Virus record (IMG/VR): IMGVR_UViG_3300025109_000006
Direction: 5' to 3' (one strand)
Length of the DNA stretch: 64,000 nucleotides
Origin: an uncultured virus (IMG/VR IMGVR_UViG_3300025109_000006)
Lineage: Duplodnaviria > Heunggongvirae > Uroviricota > Caudoviricetes
In this document: piece by piece, positions 16,645 to 25,447 of the stretch
How the letters are laid out: every line of letters starts with the position of its first letter
Numbering within the stretch: the stretch's first letter is position 1
The notes under the pieces: generated by a model
The model's input: the letters and a program-made list of their open reading frames with translations, nothing else
What the model was told of the DNA's origin: nothing
The model's database searches: none
Made by a program: the position numbers and the translations under genes

Positions 16645-18761
16645 GATCCTAGCGCGAAGTTTGATGCTTCTCGTTCGATACAGTAGCAACGTGTAGGTGC
16701 GCCATCAACACGAACGACCCGGCTACGGTGTCGACCGTTACCTGTGTTCAACCACCCTCGTGCAGTCCATCGCTGGATTATCTCGTCAGGGTCATGACCG
16801 ATCTCTCTGAGGACTTCTTTGAACGTCAACACAGAGATTGCCACGTACTCCCAGTCATCCCCACTGCCCCAACTACCTGCCCATCCTTTCGTTGGTGGAC
16901 GAGGCTGACCGTGGAAGTCCGTATCCGCACGACCCCAGAAACGAGTCTGGTGTGTTGCGCACCACGAAAGAAGATCCTGCAGCGCTGCTAGTGGACGATC
17001 AGCTTCTAGCCCTGCCATTTCCTGTGACTCAATGAGGTAACCGAATGGGTCAACATCAGGTTGAGGTACACCAAGGATGTGGGTGATTGCTGCGATCACT
17101 TCAAGAACTGCGATGTGTCCCGCATGTCTACGAGCAACAGCAGTCTTCGCAATCCCCGCGTACTTCTCACGGGCACGCTGGAATATCTGCCTGATGTCAT
17201 CGTGGCTCGATCGATTAGCCACCAGGTACTGAGCTATCCGTCGACCAAGGTGCCCGTAGTTATCAGCTAAAATGATTTGAGCTTCTTCGCTTACACGAGA
17301 ACCGATGTCCACATCCGACCCCAGTGGCTTACCCTTGAGGCTCAGAACACGAGCACGGGTGCCTGCGTCTTGAGAGAACGATGTAGCGGCACCTTCACCG
17401 CTGCTGATAAGAATCGAACGCCAGGACTCAGTGTGCCTTGTGCCCTCCACCGAGCCGCGTCCCCTACCTTGCCCCTGGCAGAAGTCATAGATCACATCAC
17501 GCACGATCCTCGGGTGCCGCGCACGCTTAGTTTCATCCAAGATGAGAGGGAGATTATGGAGGAATCCTGCAGTGCGCTCAATCCATACCTTGGTAGCATC
17601 CCAGGAATACATGGCTGTTGGATAGGATTCAGCGGGACGGCCCCAGACTGACGCCGAGAAGCGGAGGGCAGTGGTCTTGCCTCCACTTGTCTCACCGCTG
17701 AAGTCAACGACGAAGCCAGGTATCTTCAGGATTGAAAGCAGAGGTGCTGCCGCCCCTGCGTACATGGCGATGTACATGTAGGGGAATGATGAGACAAGCT
17801 CCATAGCACCTACCCACTCTTCCCAGGTGCCAGCAGTAGTCCATCCTGTCGCGAGGGTTTCAAGGCCGCTTGGCGGAGTGAGGGCAAAGTTGGAACTTGC
17901 CTCATCATTCGGAGCGTAGAACACATCAGGCAGTAGGAAGCCACCATCAGGTTGCCAACCCATGCGGGCAGCAGATCGGATGACAGGAAACCTGTGGTTG
18001 TTCTCTGCCTCAAAGTCAGCGAGGTAAGCAACCATCTGGGCTGAGGTGTTGGAATTGATAGGGGCTTCAAGGTTCACCAACGAGATGATCTTTGACGAGT
18101 CAAGGATCGTGCGTCGTTCGATTACCCGAGAGCACCACCCACTTGGCCCGCGCCAGATCACCTGCCGCTTTGCCTCACCCGAATAGACATCTACGGTACG
18201 CCCACCGATGAAGATCGGCGCGGAAGCGATTCGGGTACGGTTAATCACGCCATCCATCGTAGCGGACAATCGGTATACTCCCATCAGGTCGATGTCGTAT
18301 CCGCGAGGGACGTGTAGGTTCTCAAGCGTCGGGTACTCCACGACCGATGGTGGTGGTGCTCCAGTAGAGAACCGCTGGGCCAAGGTCTGTGCCTCCCCCA
18401 GTTGTTCTTCTAATTGATCGACAAGAGCCTCGGCGTCACGCCGACTACGTTCCTCTGCAAGTCGCCTTACAGCCGAACGAAATGTTCTTGCCCGTTGTAC
18501 CTGACCAGGTATGGTCTCGAGTATGGAGATCACTGAACTGAGTGTGCTCTCCGATTGTCGCCACCCATCCGCTAACGTAGCCATGATGTCAGGGTCTTGG
18601 ATAGCCATCCAAGCCGCTCGTTGTTCATCACGGTTACCGTCACGGATAGAATTCAATAGCCGCGTCAGAATCTCTTCCGCTGCGTCACTTGCCGATAGAC
18701 TGGGCTCAGCCTGTCCAACACTGCGAGGTTCTTCTACCGTCGCTGAGCCATCACTTTCCAT
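16641..18761 (-). CDS. DUF927-domain replicative helicase-like ATPase
   Basis: RMGWQ, Walker A GETSGGKTT, SVWG, PLILDE, GQGRGR, W..ILISSGE; AGGAGG RBS before ATG 18761. Confidence 0.85.
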   Translation of the reverse strand: MESDGSATVEEPRSVGQAEPSLSASDAAEEILTRLLNSIRDGNRDEQRAAWMAIQDPDIMATLADGWRQSESTLSSVISILETIPGQVQRARTFRSAVRRLAEERSRRDAEALVDQLEEQLGEAQTLAQRFSTGAPPPSVVEYPTLENLHVPRGYDIDLMGVYRLSATMDGVINRTRIASAPIFIGGRTVDVYSGEAKRQVIWRGPSGWCSRVIERRTILDSSKIISLVNLEAPINSNTSAQMVAYLADFEAENNHRFPVIRSAARMGWQPDGGFLLPDVFYAPNDEASSNFALTPPSGLETLATGWTTAGTWEEWVGAMELVSSFPYMYIAMYAGAAAPLLSILKIPGFVVDFSGETSGGKTTALRFSASVWGRPAESYPTAMYSWDATKVWIERTAGFLHNLPLILDETKRARHPRIVRDVIYDFCQGQGRGRGSVEGTRHTESWRSILISSGEGAATSFSQDAGTRARVLSLKGKPLGSDVDIGSRVSEEAQIILADNYGHLGRRIAQYLVANRSSHDDIRQIFQRAREKYAGIAKTAVARRHAGHIAVLEVIAAITHILGVPQPDVDPFGYLIESQEMAGLEADRPLAALQDLLSWCATHQTRFWGRADTDFHGQPRPPTKGWAGSWGSGDDWEYVAISVLTFKEVLREIGHDPDEIIQRWTARGWLNTGNGRHRSRVVRVDGAPTRCYCIEREASNFALGS

Positions 18762-18968
18762 TCTCACCTCCTAATTTTAAAGTCCGAAAGTCCGCACACA
18801 GGAACGCATCGCCTGGACCGAATGGCCCAGACGACACAACCCAAAGCCTGCATCATTTCCTGGGGGTCATGAGTCAGACACAGAAACTCTATCGGTACGG
18901 GACCACCCGTGTCAAACCATTGATCGCAATATCCTGTTATACTTTTCAACGAGGTACCAGGAGGACCA

Positions 18969-19301
18969 ATGCCGACACCAAAAAAGGCTGCACCGAAGAA
19001 AACAAAGACGAAAGCCGCACCGAAGAAACCGGCTGCACCGAAGAAAGTCGCACCTAAGAAGGCGAGCGCGGCCCCGGCACCACCTGCCGTGAAGCACAGG
19101 CAGATAGAACTCAGTACAAACACGGGTATATATACGCTAAGCTTCACAGATGACGCCACGTTTGAAGCGGCGATGGCCGTAGTGAACTCCGCGCCAAGTG
19201 CTCCGACTGGAGCAAGGTCGCCTGTACTCTATACGATTAATGCGCCGGACAAAACGTGTTCGTTCCACACGATAAGTCGGTACGTGGTTCATGAGTCGTA
19301 G
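18969..19301 (+). CDS. Protein with histone H1-like K/A/P-rich N-terminus
   Basis: AGGAGG RBS; repeated AAPKK; extended -10 TGTTATACT at 18935-18943. Confidence 0.75.
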   Translation: MPTPKKAAPKKTKTKAAPKKPAAPKKVAPKKASAAPAPPAVKHRQIELSTNTGIYTLSFTDDATFEAAMAVVNSAPSAPTGARSPVLYTINAPDKTCSFHTISRYVVHES

Positions 19302-19519
19302 CTCTTAGGAGCCCAACCGCTCTCGAGATCAGAAACAAGTATCTCAACGGTCAGGACTACCGACGTACACACACAGCACTTGCGCCTCCTGGCAACCCAG
19401 TCTTGGGTGTACCAGGAAACGCTTTCCTTTATCTGTCTTTGTCCACCAAACGAAGCGATTGAATCAGCCTTACGTGAATCAATAACCTGCGTCTTACTAC
19501 CACACTGAGCGCACAACAT
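19289..19519 (-). CDS. NrdR-like zinc-ribbon protein (no ATP cone)
   Basis: CAQCGSKTQVIDSR...RRRKCCVC...TVE. Confidence 0.75.
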   Translation of the reverse strand: MLCAQCGSKTQVIDSRKADSIASFGGQRQIKESVSWYTQDWVARRRKCCVCTSVVLTVEILVSDLESGWAPKSYDS

Positions 19520-19521
19520 AG

Positions 19522-21519
19522 CTATGCCTTGGGTGCTGGTGGCATTGGAAGTACGTTCGAGCTTCGAACTATGTGGTACCCACCGTCCTCATTAATGTGG
19601 ACATTCGTAGGCGATAGACCGTCGCGTATAATCGAGGCGACGGTATCTCGTGACATCATCTGGATATCATCTGATGCAAACCCAGAGTCCTCAAGGATAA
19701 GCGAGCTACGGGATGTCACACGAAACCCACCATTTGCGTGGTTGATACTCGTCTTACTGACCACAACTTCTTCGACGGGCAGTTCTTCTTCGTCTACCGA
19801 ATCAACGGTACACCAAGATTTACTGACCTGATCCATGTCAATCACAGTCCAACCCTTCGGCGGTCGACCCGTTGGCCGAATCGTGCTGGCCATGATGACC
19901 TGGCCCTCGAAGTTTGAGAAGCTACGCAGGACAGCGCTTAGAGTCTTACCGTCCCACGCACGGTCTTCGGGAATCAGGATGGCGGGGGCGCTCTCATGTA
20001 GTCCCTCAGAAACGGCCATGGCTATCGATGTCACGATCGATGTCCACTCCGCTCCTGATAGTGCCGCATGAAGCTTGCCGTCCCGAAAGATCCCCATTCG
20101 GAAGACCTCTTTATTCCCATCCATAAGCTCAATCTTGAAGGTCCAATGCGGCGGCAGGTACTTCTGCACCCGCGCTGAAAAGTCCTTGGCCCTTTCTCCC
20201 AACAACACACCGACAGCAGACTCACATGCCAGCTTCAGCGTTCTGTATGACTCCACCTCAGCCTTCATAGTCAGCGCACGATTTCTCGCATTCGCTAAGT
20301 TTTCCCACTGTGCTTGCGTGTTCTCCATCTTACCCAACACACTCATAGCGGTCTCAAGACGGGATTGTGCGTCACTCACAGGGATTGCCCGACCGTCTTT
20401 GGCGTTGGTCGAGGTACTTTGAACCCGTCCAATATGAGCATTAACCTCTCGAAGATTTTGATTCGACGACTCAATTGAAGCGTCAATTGAAGCAATCACT
20501 TCGAGGATCGATTTAGATTTTTCTTCCCAGGTGTTCACCTGTTGTTCATAGAATGCTTGACACTGCTTCAAGTGGTCGAGTCCTACGTGGCTACTACACA
20601 CAGGACACTGCTCAAGATCCTGATCGATAGCTACGCCCACGATCCCGATAGCATAGTCAACGTTCTCTCCTTTGTGGGGAAGCTGAGCAAGCAGATCGCG
20701 CTTTTGTATTTCATAGGTTTGGGTATTTTTCTCCCATACATTTCGTTGTTCCAGCGCAAGCTTAAGTTCTGTGTCCTTTTCTTCTTGAGTCATACCTGAG
20801 TTGGCTGCGCGGATAGAGGCGTCAAGGATCTCTCGAGCCCCGGCTACAGCGAACCGCATCTTATTCATGTCCTCATCTGACGGTCGAGTATCAACAGTGT
20901 CACCGAGACTCTCTAGGATAATCTCCGCACCCTTAGACTCTTTGGCTGCTTCGCGTTGACGTTGCCCCGCGTAAACTACAACCTCTATTAGCGTCTCAAC
21001 TGCGGTTCGATTGCGACCTTTGTTGTCAGCTACGGCTCGATACCGCTCATGTAGGTCAGTGGGTAGGTTCTCCACAATGTCATCCAACGTAATCCCGTCA
21101 CCAGACCACGATAGAAATGCCTTCCTAGCTGAGGCTGGTGACCCTGATAGCGCAGATGTTACGGCCCGGTGGACCAAAGTGTTTGCTCCTGGCCCAGTAT
21201 GTTGCGGTCGCTTGACTGTTCCCCCCTCCCGCCGAACGTTGAAGGAGGTTGTGTTACCATCCGATAGTTGAGTTGAGATACCCAGTTCATCGCCAGGTGC
21301 CAACGTAAGAAGAAGTGCTGCGTCAGACACAGCGCTTCGACCAAAGATGTCATCTGCAGACCCTGCAACGGATAGCTCTACCGATTGAATGATGCTGCTT
21401 TTGTGGCTCGTGTTTGTACCGACAAGCAGTGTGTGCTGCCCAAGTTCAATCTCCCACGGCTCGCCGCCATCTCGGGGCGATTTTAGATTGCTGTAAATAG
21501 TTTTGACAAAGGGTCGCAT
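19522..21519 (-). CDS. Rad50/SbcC-like SMC ATPase
   Basis: N-terminal GTNTSHKSS (Walker A-like), coiled coils with CPVC zinc hook, LSGAE signature, ILIPED Walker B-like. Confidence 0.8.
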   Translation of the reverse strand: MRPFVKTIYSNLKSPRDGGEPWEIELGQHTLLVGTNTSHKSSIIQSVELSVAGSADDIFGRSAVSDAALLLTLAPGDELGISTQLSDGNTTSFNVRREGGTVKRPQHTGPGANTLVHRAVTSALSGSPASARKAFLSWSGDGITLDDIVENLPTDLHERYRAVADNKGRNRTAVETLIEVVVYAGQRQREAAKESKGAEIILESLGDTVDTRPSDEDMNKMRFAVAGAREILDASIRAANSGMTQEEKDTELKLALEQRNVWEKNTQTYEIQKRDLLAQLPHKGENVDYAIGIVGVAIDQDLEQCPVCSSHVGLDHLKQCQAFYEQQVNTWEEKSKSILEVIASIDASIESSNQNLREVNAHIGRVQSTSTNAKDGRAIPVSDAQSRLETAMSVLGKMENTQAQWENLANARNRALTMKAEVESYRTLKLACESAVGVLLGERAKDFSARVQKYLPPHWTFKIELMDGNKEVFRMGIFRDGKLHAALSGAEWTSIVTSIAMAVSEGLHESAPAILIPEDRAWDGKTLSAVLRSFSNFEGQVIMASTIRPTGRPPKGWTVIDMDQVSKSWCTVDSVDEEELPVEEVVVSKTSINHANGGFRVTSRSSLILEDSGFASDDIQMMSRDTVASIIRDGLSPTNVHINEDGGYHIVRSSNVLPMPPAPKA

Positions 21520-21554
21520 AGATCCTCCAGGATGTGTGCTTTGGGTTGGTTAAG

Positions 21555-21583
21555 AAACTATCTGATAAATACCGCAGTGTCAA
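21555..21583 (-). promoter_or_regulatory. Sigma70-type promoter
   Basis: TTGACA-N17-TAGTTT on the - strand ahead of the Rad50-like gene. Confidence 0.55.
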
Positions 21584-22011
21584 GAGTCGAACTCTAACCG
21601 CGCCCATGCAGTCCAGTTATCTTCAGGTGATTGGGTTACTTTAGTTACCTGCCTGAAAGTATGCGCATGAGGGCACCAAGCGTAGACATGCTTCGATTCG
21701 GAGAGAAACCCTTCGAGTATTTGTGCCGTAGCTTTACCTACTGTTGGTGATTCTTCCAAGGAGTCTACAGGAACAATGACACCGTGGTACATAGGGGCGC
21801 CAGTGTAGTCGATCCCGCAGGGCACATCACGGCACCAAGCTTTCCAGCCGCCGAGGGCAGCAGCGCGATTCTCATAGTCATCCCGACCAGAGATTACGGT
21901 TGCATTCCACTCATCACCGCTAAGTGCTGTGGATATTTCTAAGCACCAAACATCAATTTCAGTTGGCTCGTCTTGTTTTGAGTGGGCCAAGAACCACTGT
22001 GACTGACTCAT
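21580..22011 (-). CDS. Hypothetical protein, possible TIR / nucleoside deoxyribosyltransferase-like fold
   Basis: WFLAHSKQD start; VGKATAQILEGFLSESKHVY segment. Confidence 0.6.
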   Translation of the reverse strand: MSQSQWFLAHSKQDEPTEIDVWCLEISTALSGDEWNATVISGRDDYENRAAALGGWKAWCRDVPCGIDYTGAPMYHGVIVPVDSLEESPTVGKATAQILEGFLSESKHVYAWCPHAHTFRQVTKVTQSPEDNWTAWARLEFDS

Positions 22012-22019
22012 TGTGTCTC

Positions 22020-24800
22020 CTAAATATCTTTTAAGCTTCGACCAACATCGGCCTCAGCAGTCATCGTTACGTCCCACCCAGGGATATTGACAGTCATACA
22101 TTCCTCGACTGTTCGCCGCGCAGCTTCAATCTTGGGTGGTAAGTCTTCACCGGCAACAGGTTCCCAGTTGGCGGGTAGCCCCTCAGGTAGAGGCATCTCA
22201 ACTGCAATCGAATCGTGGCATTGATGGATCATTCCTGTACCTGTACCTGCGTAATCAAATGGAAACGCGTTGATGATCTCTTGTTCAGCCAAGCGCATGA
22301 TCGATGATTCTGCTGCAAGGATGGGGAAGTTAACAACCTCGTTCTTCTTTCCATCAGAGAGTGGGCCTGAACGTCGATTGAGGATTGGTTCAACCATGTA
22401 CCTTTGGTGGTCGTAAACCTGCATCATTTGCTTCCACGCCATCTCCCACTCAGGCTCAGCCTCGAGCCATTTATTATGAAAGTGGCGCACCTCTCGCACC
22501 TCAAACTTTAGATACGGCATACGCCCATCATCGGTCTCAGTGCTGGTGAGTACCTGCCAAACAGTTGTGGGGTCAGCCCAGTAGATAGACGCGTAACGAA
22601 ACGTCTTCATCACATCACGCATCGCCTTTGCCTCACCACCTGCAGGCTTTCGGTTGAGGCTGAATCCGTCAGGTCCCCACCCACTTGCGTTCTTAAAGTC
22701 ACGCCCAAAAATATCGTACGCCAAGAGGTTGTGCGGATCTTTCCCTGTGTCGAAGCATTCAAGTAACCGGGGTATTTTCCAGTAGCATGCTGTGATTCTC
22801 AGGTGAGCTTGATCTAAGTCTGCCCCCACGAGTATCCGACCTGGAGGGGCAGCAAAGATTTTCTTCAGCCGACCTTGTCCTTTACGGTTACCGATATTCT
22901 GTAGGTTTGGTCCACTACTTGATAGCCGACCGACACTTGTCACATGTGCATTCCAGGTAGAGCGTACCCGCCCATCTTCATGCACCAACCCCTTCTTTGG
23001 GTCTTGGTCTCTCCGCCTTAGCGGAACCAAGACTGTACCCAGAATTTTATTCTTCTCTCTACGATACAACCTGAGTTCTTTCAAAAATGATTCTTGATCT
23101 TGGCCCAACCTGCCCGACGCAAGATGAGCGCGAAGTACGGCATCGCCCGTACCAGGCGCCCCCGTCTCGGTGTAAAACTCCCGCGCATCCATCGAAGCAG
23201 GAATGCCCAGACCCCAATGTTCGTACAATAGATTACGAATTTGATCAGCACTGCCAGGATTCAAATCGTCAACTGAAGCGGAATCAAGATGCTTAATGCC
23301 GATGCTTTGTGCCAATGACTGCAGATTCTTGTAGCGCTTCTTCACTGATATCTCGTACTCAAGCTCAAGCTCACCACGAAGTTTCTGGTCAACCCATACG
23401 CCTGATTTGTGCATACCAACACACATCTCTTGTGTTGCATGGTCAACCTCATTGAGGTTCCACGGCTTATCTGTCGGCCAACCCCTGGGCTTAAGCCCCG
23501 GATTTGATGGCTCAAACACACCAACGAGAGACGAGGCATCAATCAAAGGCACAACGATTCGAGCGTTCACCGTTGAGTCAATGATGTTGTATCGAAGAAG
23601 CTCCGTGTCATCTTGGCTACCTGTCGATATCTTTGTACCTTTCTCTGTTGTCTCCCACCGCTCTACATCTGTGAGCACTGAGCCAATAGTCTTCAGCCCC
23701 TTGGGAAGATCAGGTGCGCGGAACCGCGCATGAAACAGTGTGTCGACCAAGGGCTTCGGAGTCACGCCAAGCTGAGTCTCAATAACCATGCGGTCGTAGT
23801 ACCCAGCGTTATGACCCACCCATACACGCCCATCAGTAAAGACACGACGGAAGATGTCTTTGATCTCCTTCTCTTGTTCGGGCGGATAAAGCCGTGTCAC
23901 TCCATCCGTCGATAACAATCCGACACCAACCGCACGAGCGTTTTGATTTATGAGGTTTCGTGCGGCATTACCTCGACGGTCAATGTCAGGTATGGCAACT
24001 GCGATAGTTCGAAGATTACACTCTAAGGGCTCAATACCGTCGGTCTCCACATCGTAGGCCCAGAACGGCGCGGATTGCTCAAACCAGGCCTCTAACTCTT
24101 TCGGCGTTGGATTGATTAAGGAATCGGGGGGAGTCCATCGAAGGCAGTCATTAAACCATCGAAAGGCTTTTGATATGTCTGACTGGAGGACATGCCGCCA
24201 ACTTGGAGCCCGCAGGATAAACGAGGGGTGCAGTGTTGGGAGTAGCTTACGCGCACCGTTTTCAGGCACCCAAACCCAATCACGATTGACATACATAGGT
24301 CCGCCACGCGTCGATTGAATGCTACTTGTTTGACCCGTCAAGGCTGACGTTGCGGTCTTACCTAAAGTGATCACATTCTGGTACCTCGACGCTACCTGGA
24401 GTAGTCGAGGTCGACAACATGTCGATGGGTGTGGGTATGGTTCCTCACCCTTCTTTATACGCGCACGGTTCAATCGATCTAAAGCCTTGCTCATTCGTCG
24501 CCAAGCGCCTGAGTCTTGCCCGCCAGGACGACATGAGATGACGTGGTCAAGATCAATGTCGACCCGTCGTTTCCCACTCGCGGTCAAGGCATTCATCCAC
24601 TCACTCCCGGCCCGACCTACAAGCGGTCGACCATGCTGAACTTCATCAGCGCCAGGAGCTTCGGCAATTGCAATGACAGAAGCCCCCCGGTGAAACTCTC
24701 CACCGACGGGCTTCCATTCATCTTTACGTAGTGGTCCTTCTGGCCCTAAAGGACAGATGTCGCATTGAGCGCCACAACTTTTAGGGTCAAAAGACGCCAC
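22020..24800 (-). CDS. Family A DNA polymerase with N-terminal uracil-DNA-glycosylase-like domain and 3'-5' exonuclease
   Basis: UDG4-like AEAPG...CRP...LHPS; ExoI DVETDG; GRLSSSGPNLQNI; motif A DLDQAHLR, motif B KTFRYASIY, motif C HDS. Confidence 0.95.
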   Translation of the reverse strand: MASFDPKSCGAQCDICPLGPEGPLRKDEWKPVGGEFHRGASVIAIAEAPGADEVQHGRPLVGRAGSEWMNALTASGKRRVDIDLDHVISCRPGGQDSGAWRRMSKALDRLNRARIKKGEEPYPHPSTCCRPRLLQVASRYQNVITLGKTATSALTGQTSSIQSTRGGPMYVNRDWVWVPENGARKLLPTLHPSFILRAPSWRHVLQSDISKAFRWFNDCLRWTPPDSLINPTPKELEAWFEQSAPFWAYDVETDGIEPLECNLRTIAVAIPDIDRRGNAARNLINQNARAVGVGLLSTDGVTRLYPPEQEKEIKDIFRRVFTDGRVWVGHNAGYYDRMVIETQLGVTPKPLVDTLFHARFRAPDLPKGLKTIGSVLTDVERWETTEKGTKISTGSQDDTELLRYNIIDSTVNARIVVPLIDASSLVGVFEPSNPGLKPRGWPTDKPWNLNEVDHATQEMCVGMHKSGVWVDQKLRGELELEYEISVKKRYKNLQSLAQSIGIKHLDSASVDDLNPGSADQIRNLLYEHWGLGIPASMDAREFYTETGAPGTGDAVLRAHLASGRLGQDQESFLKELRLYRREKNKILGTVLVPLRRRDQDPKKGLVHEDGRVRSTWNAHVTSVGRLSSSGPNLQNIGNRKGQGRLKKIFAAPPGRILVGADLDQAHLRITACYWKIPRLLECFDTGKDPHNLLAYDIFGRDFKNASGWGPDGFSLNRKPAGGEAKAMRDVMKTFRYASIYWADPTTVWQVLTSTETDDGRMPYLKFEVREVRHFHNKWLEAEPEWEMAWKQMMQVYDHQRYMVEPILNRRSGPLSDGKKNEVVNFPILAAESSIMRLAEQEIINAFPFDYAGTGTGMIHQCHDSIAVEMPLPEGLPANWEPVAGEDLPPKIEAARRTVEECMTVNIPGWDVTMTAEADVGRSLKDI

Positions 24801-24803
24801 TAA

Positions 24804-25394
24804 TTAACTCACGATACCTTGTGCAGCACTTGCAAGGGGCGGCAACGCAACACCAGCAGAAGGCACAGGGGCACCATTTGCTGGAGCCGCTGAAGCGGTA
24901 GCTGTTGGTTGAGCAACAACAGTAGCTTCACCCGCTGCCTTACGAGCATCGTACTGCGCTTTGGTGAGGAACTTGTTGATCTCGTTGTACGATCCCTGCA
25001 CACCCTTCTGACCAGGCACGAAGTCTACGTAAGCAAGTCGACCATCGTTCAACGCGGACAAAAACCACGAGTCGTTAATCTCTGCTGCAGTCTCGATGTT
25101 CTCTTTGGTGTAACCAAGAGACTCAAGAAGGGTGCGAATCGCAGCCATACGACCACGGATTTGCTTGTCCGTCAGACCTGGGAGTGCATTCCCATTGTCA
25201 TCGAAAGGCAGGCTAAAGAAGGTAAACATCTTAAAGCCGTTCTCGAATTGAAGGTGGAAGCGACGTGTACCAGGCTTATCGTTTGCACCAGTTTCGATGT
25301 TTACGATTGAGACAGGGTAAAGACCCGCCTCTGGTACAGAAGAACCAAGTGAACTAATGCCTTGAAAGGCGCTACCGGAAAGTTTAATGGCCAT
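24804..25394 (-). CDS. Putative phage ssDNA-binding protein (DUF669-like)
   Basis: VPEAGLYPVSIV N-terminus, YNEINKF, low-complexity tail; lies between the AAA and polymerase genes. Confidence 0.55.
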   Translation of the reverse strand: MAIKLSGSAFQGISSLGSSVPEAGLYPVSIVNIETGANDKPGTRRFHLQFENGFKMFTFFSLPFDDNGNALPGLTDKQIRGRMAAIRTLLESLGYTKENIETAAEINDSWFLSALNDGRLAYVDFVPGQKGVQGSYNEINKFLTKAQYDARKAAGEATVVAQPTATASAAPANGAPVPSAGVALPPLASAAQGIVS

Positions 25395-25447
25395 GATAGG
25401 CTCCATTTTTGGGGTTGTTGGTCAAGTTGACCGGGGGTTGAATCGTC

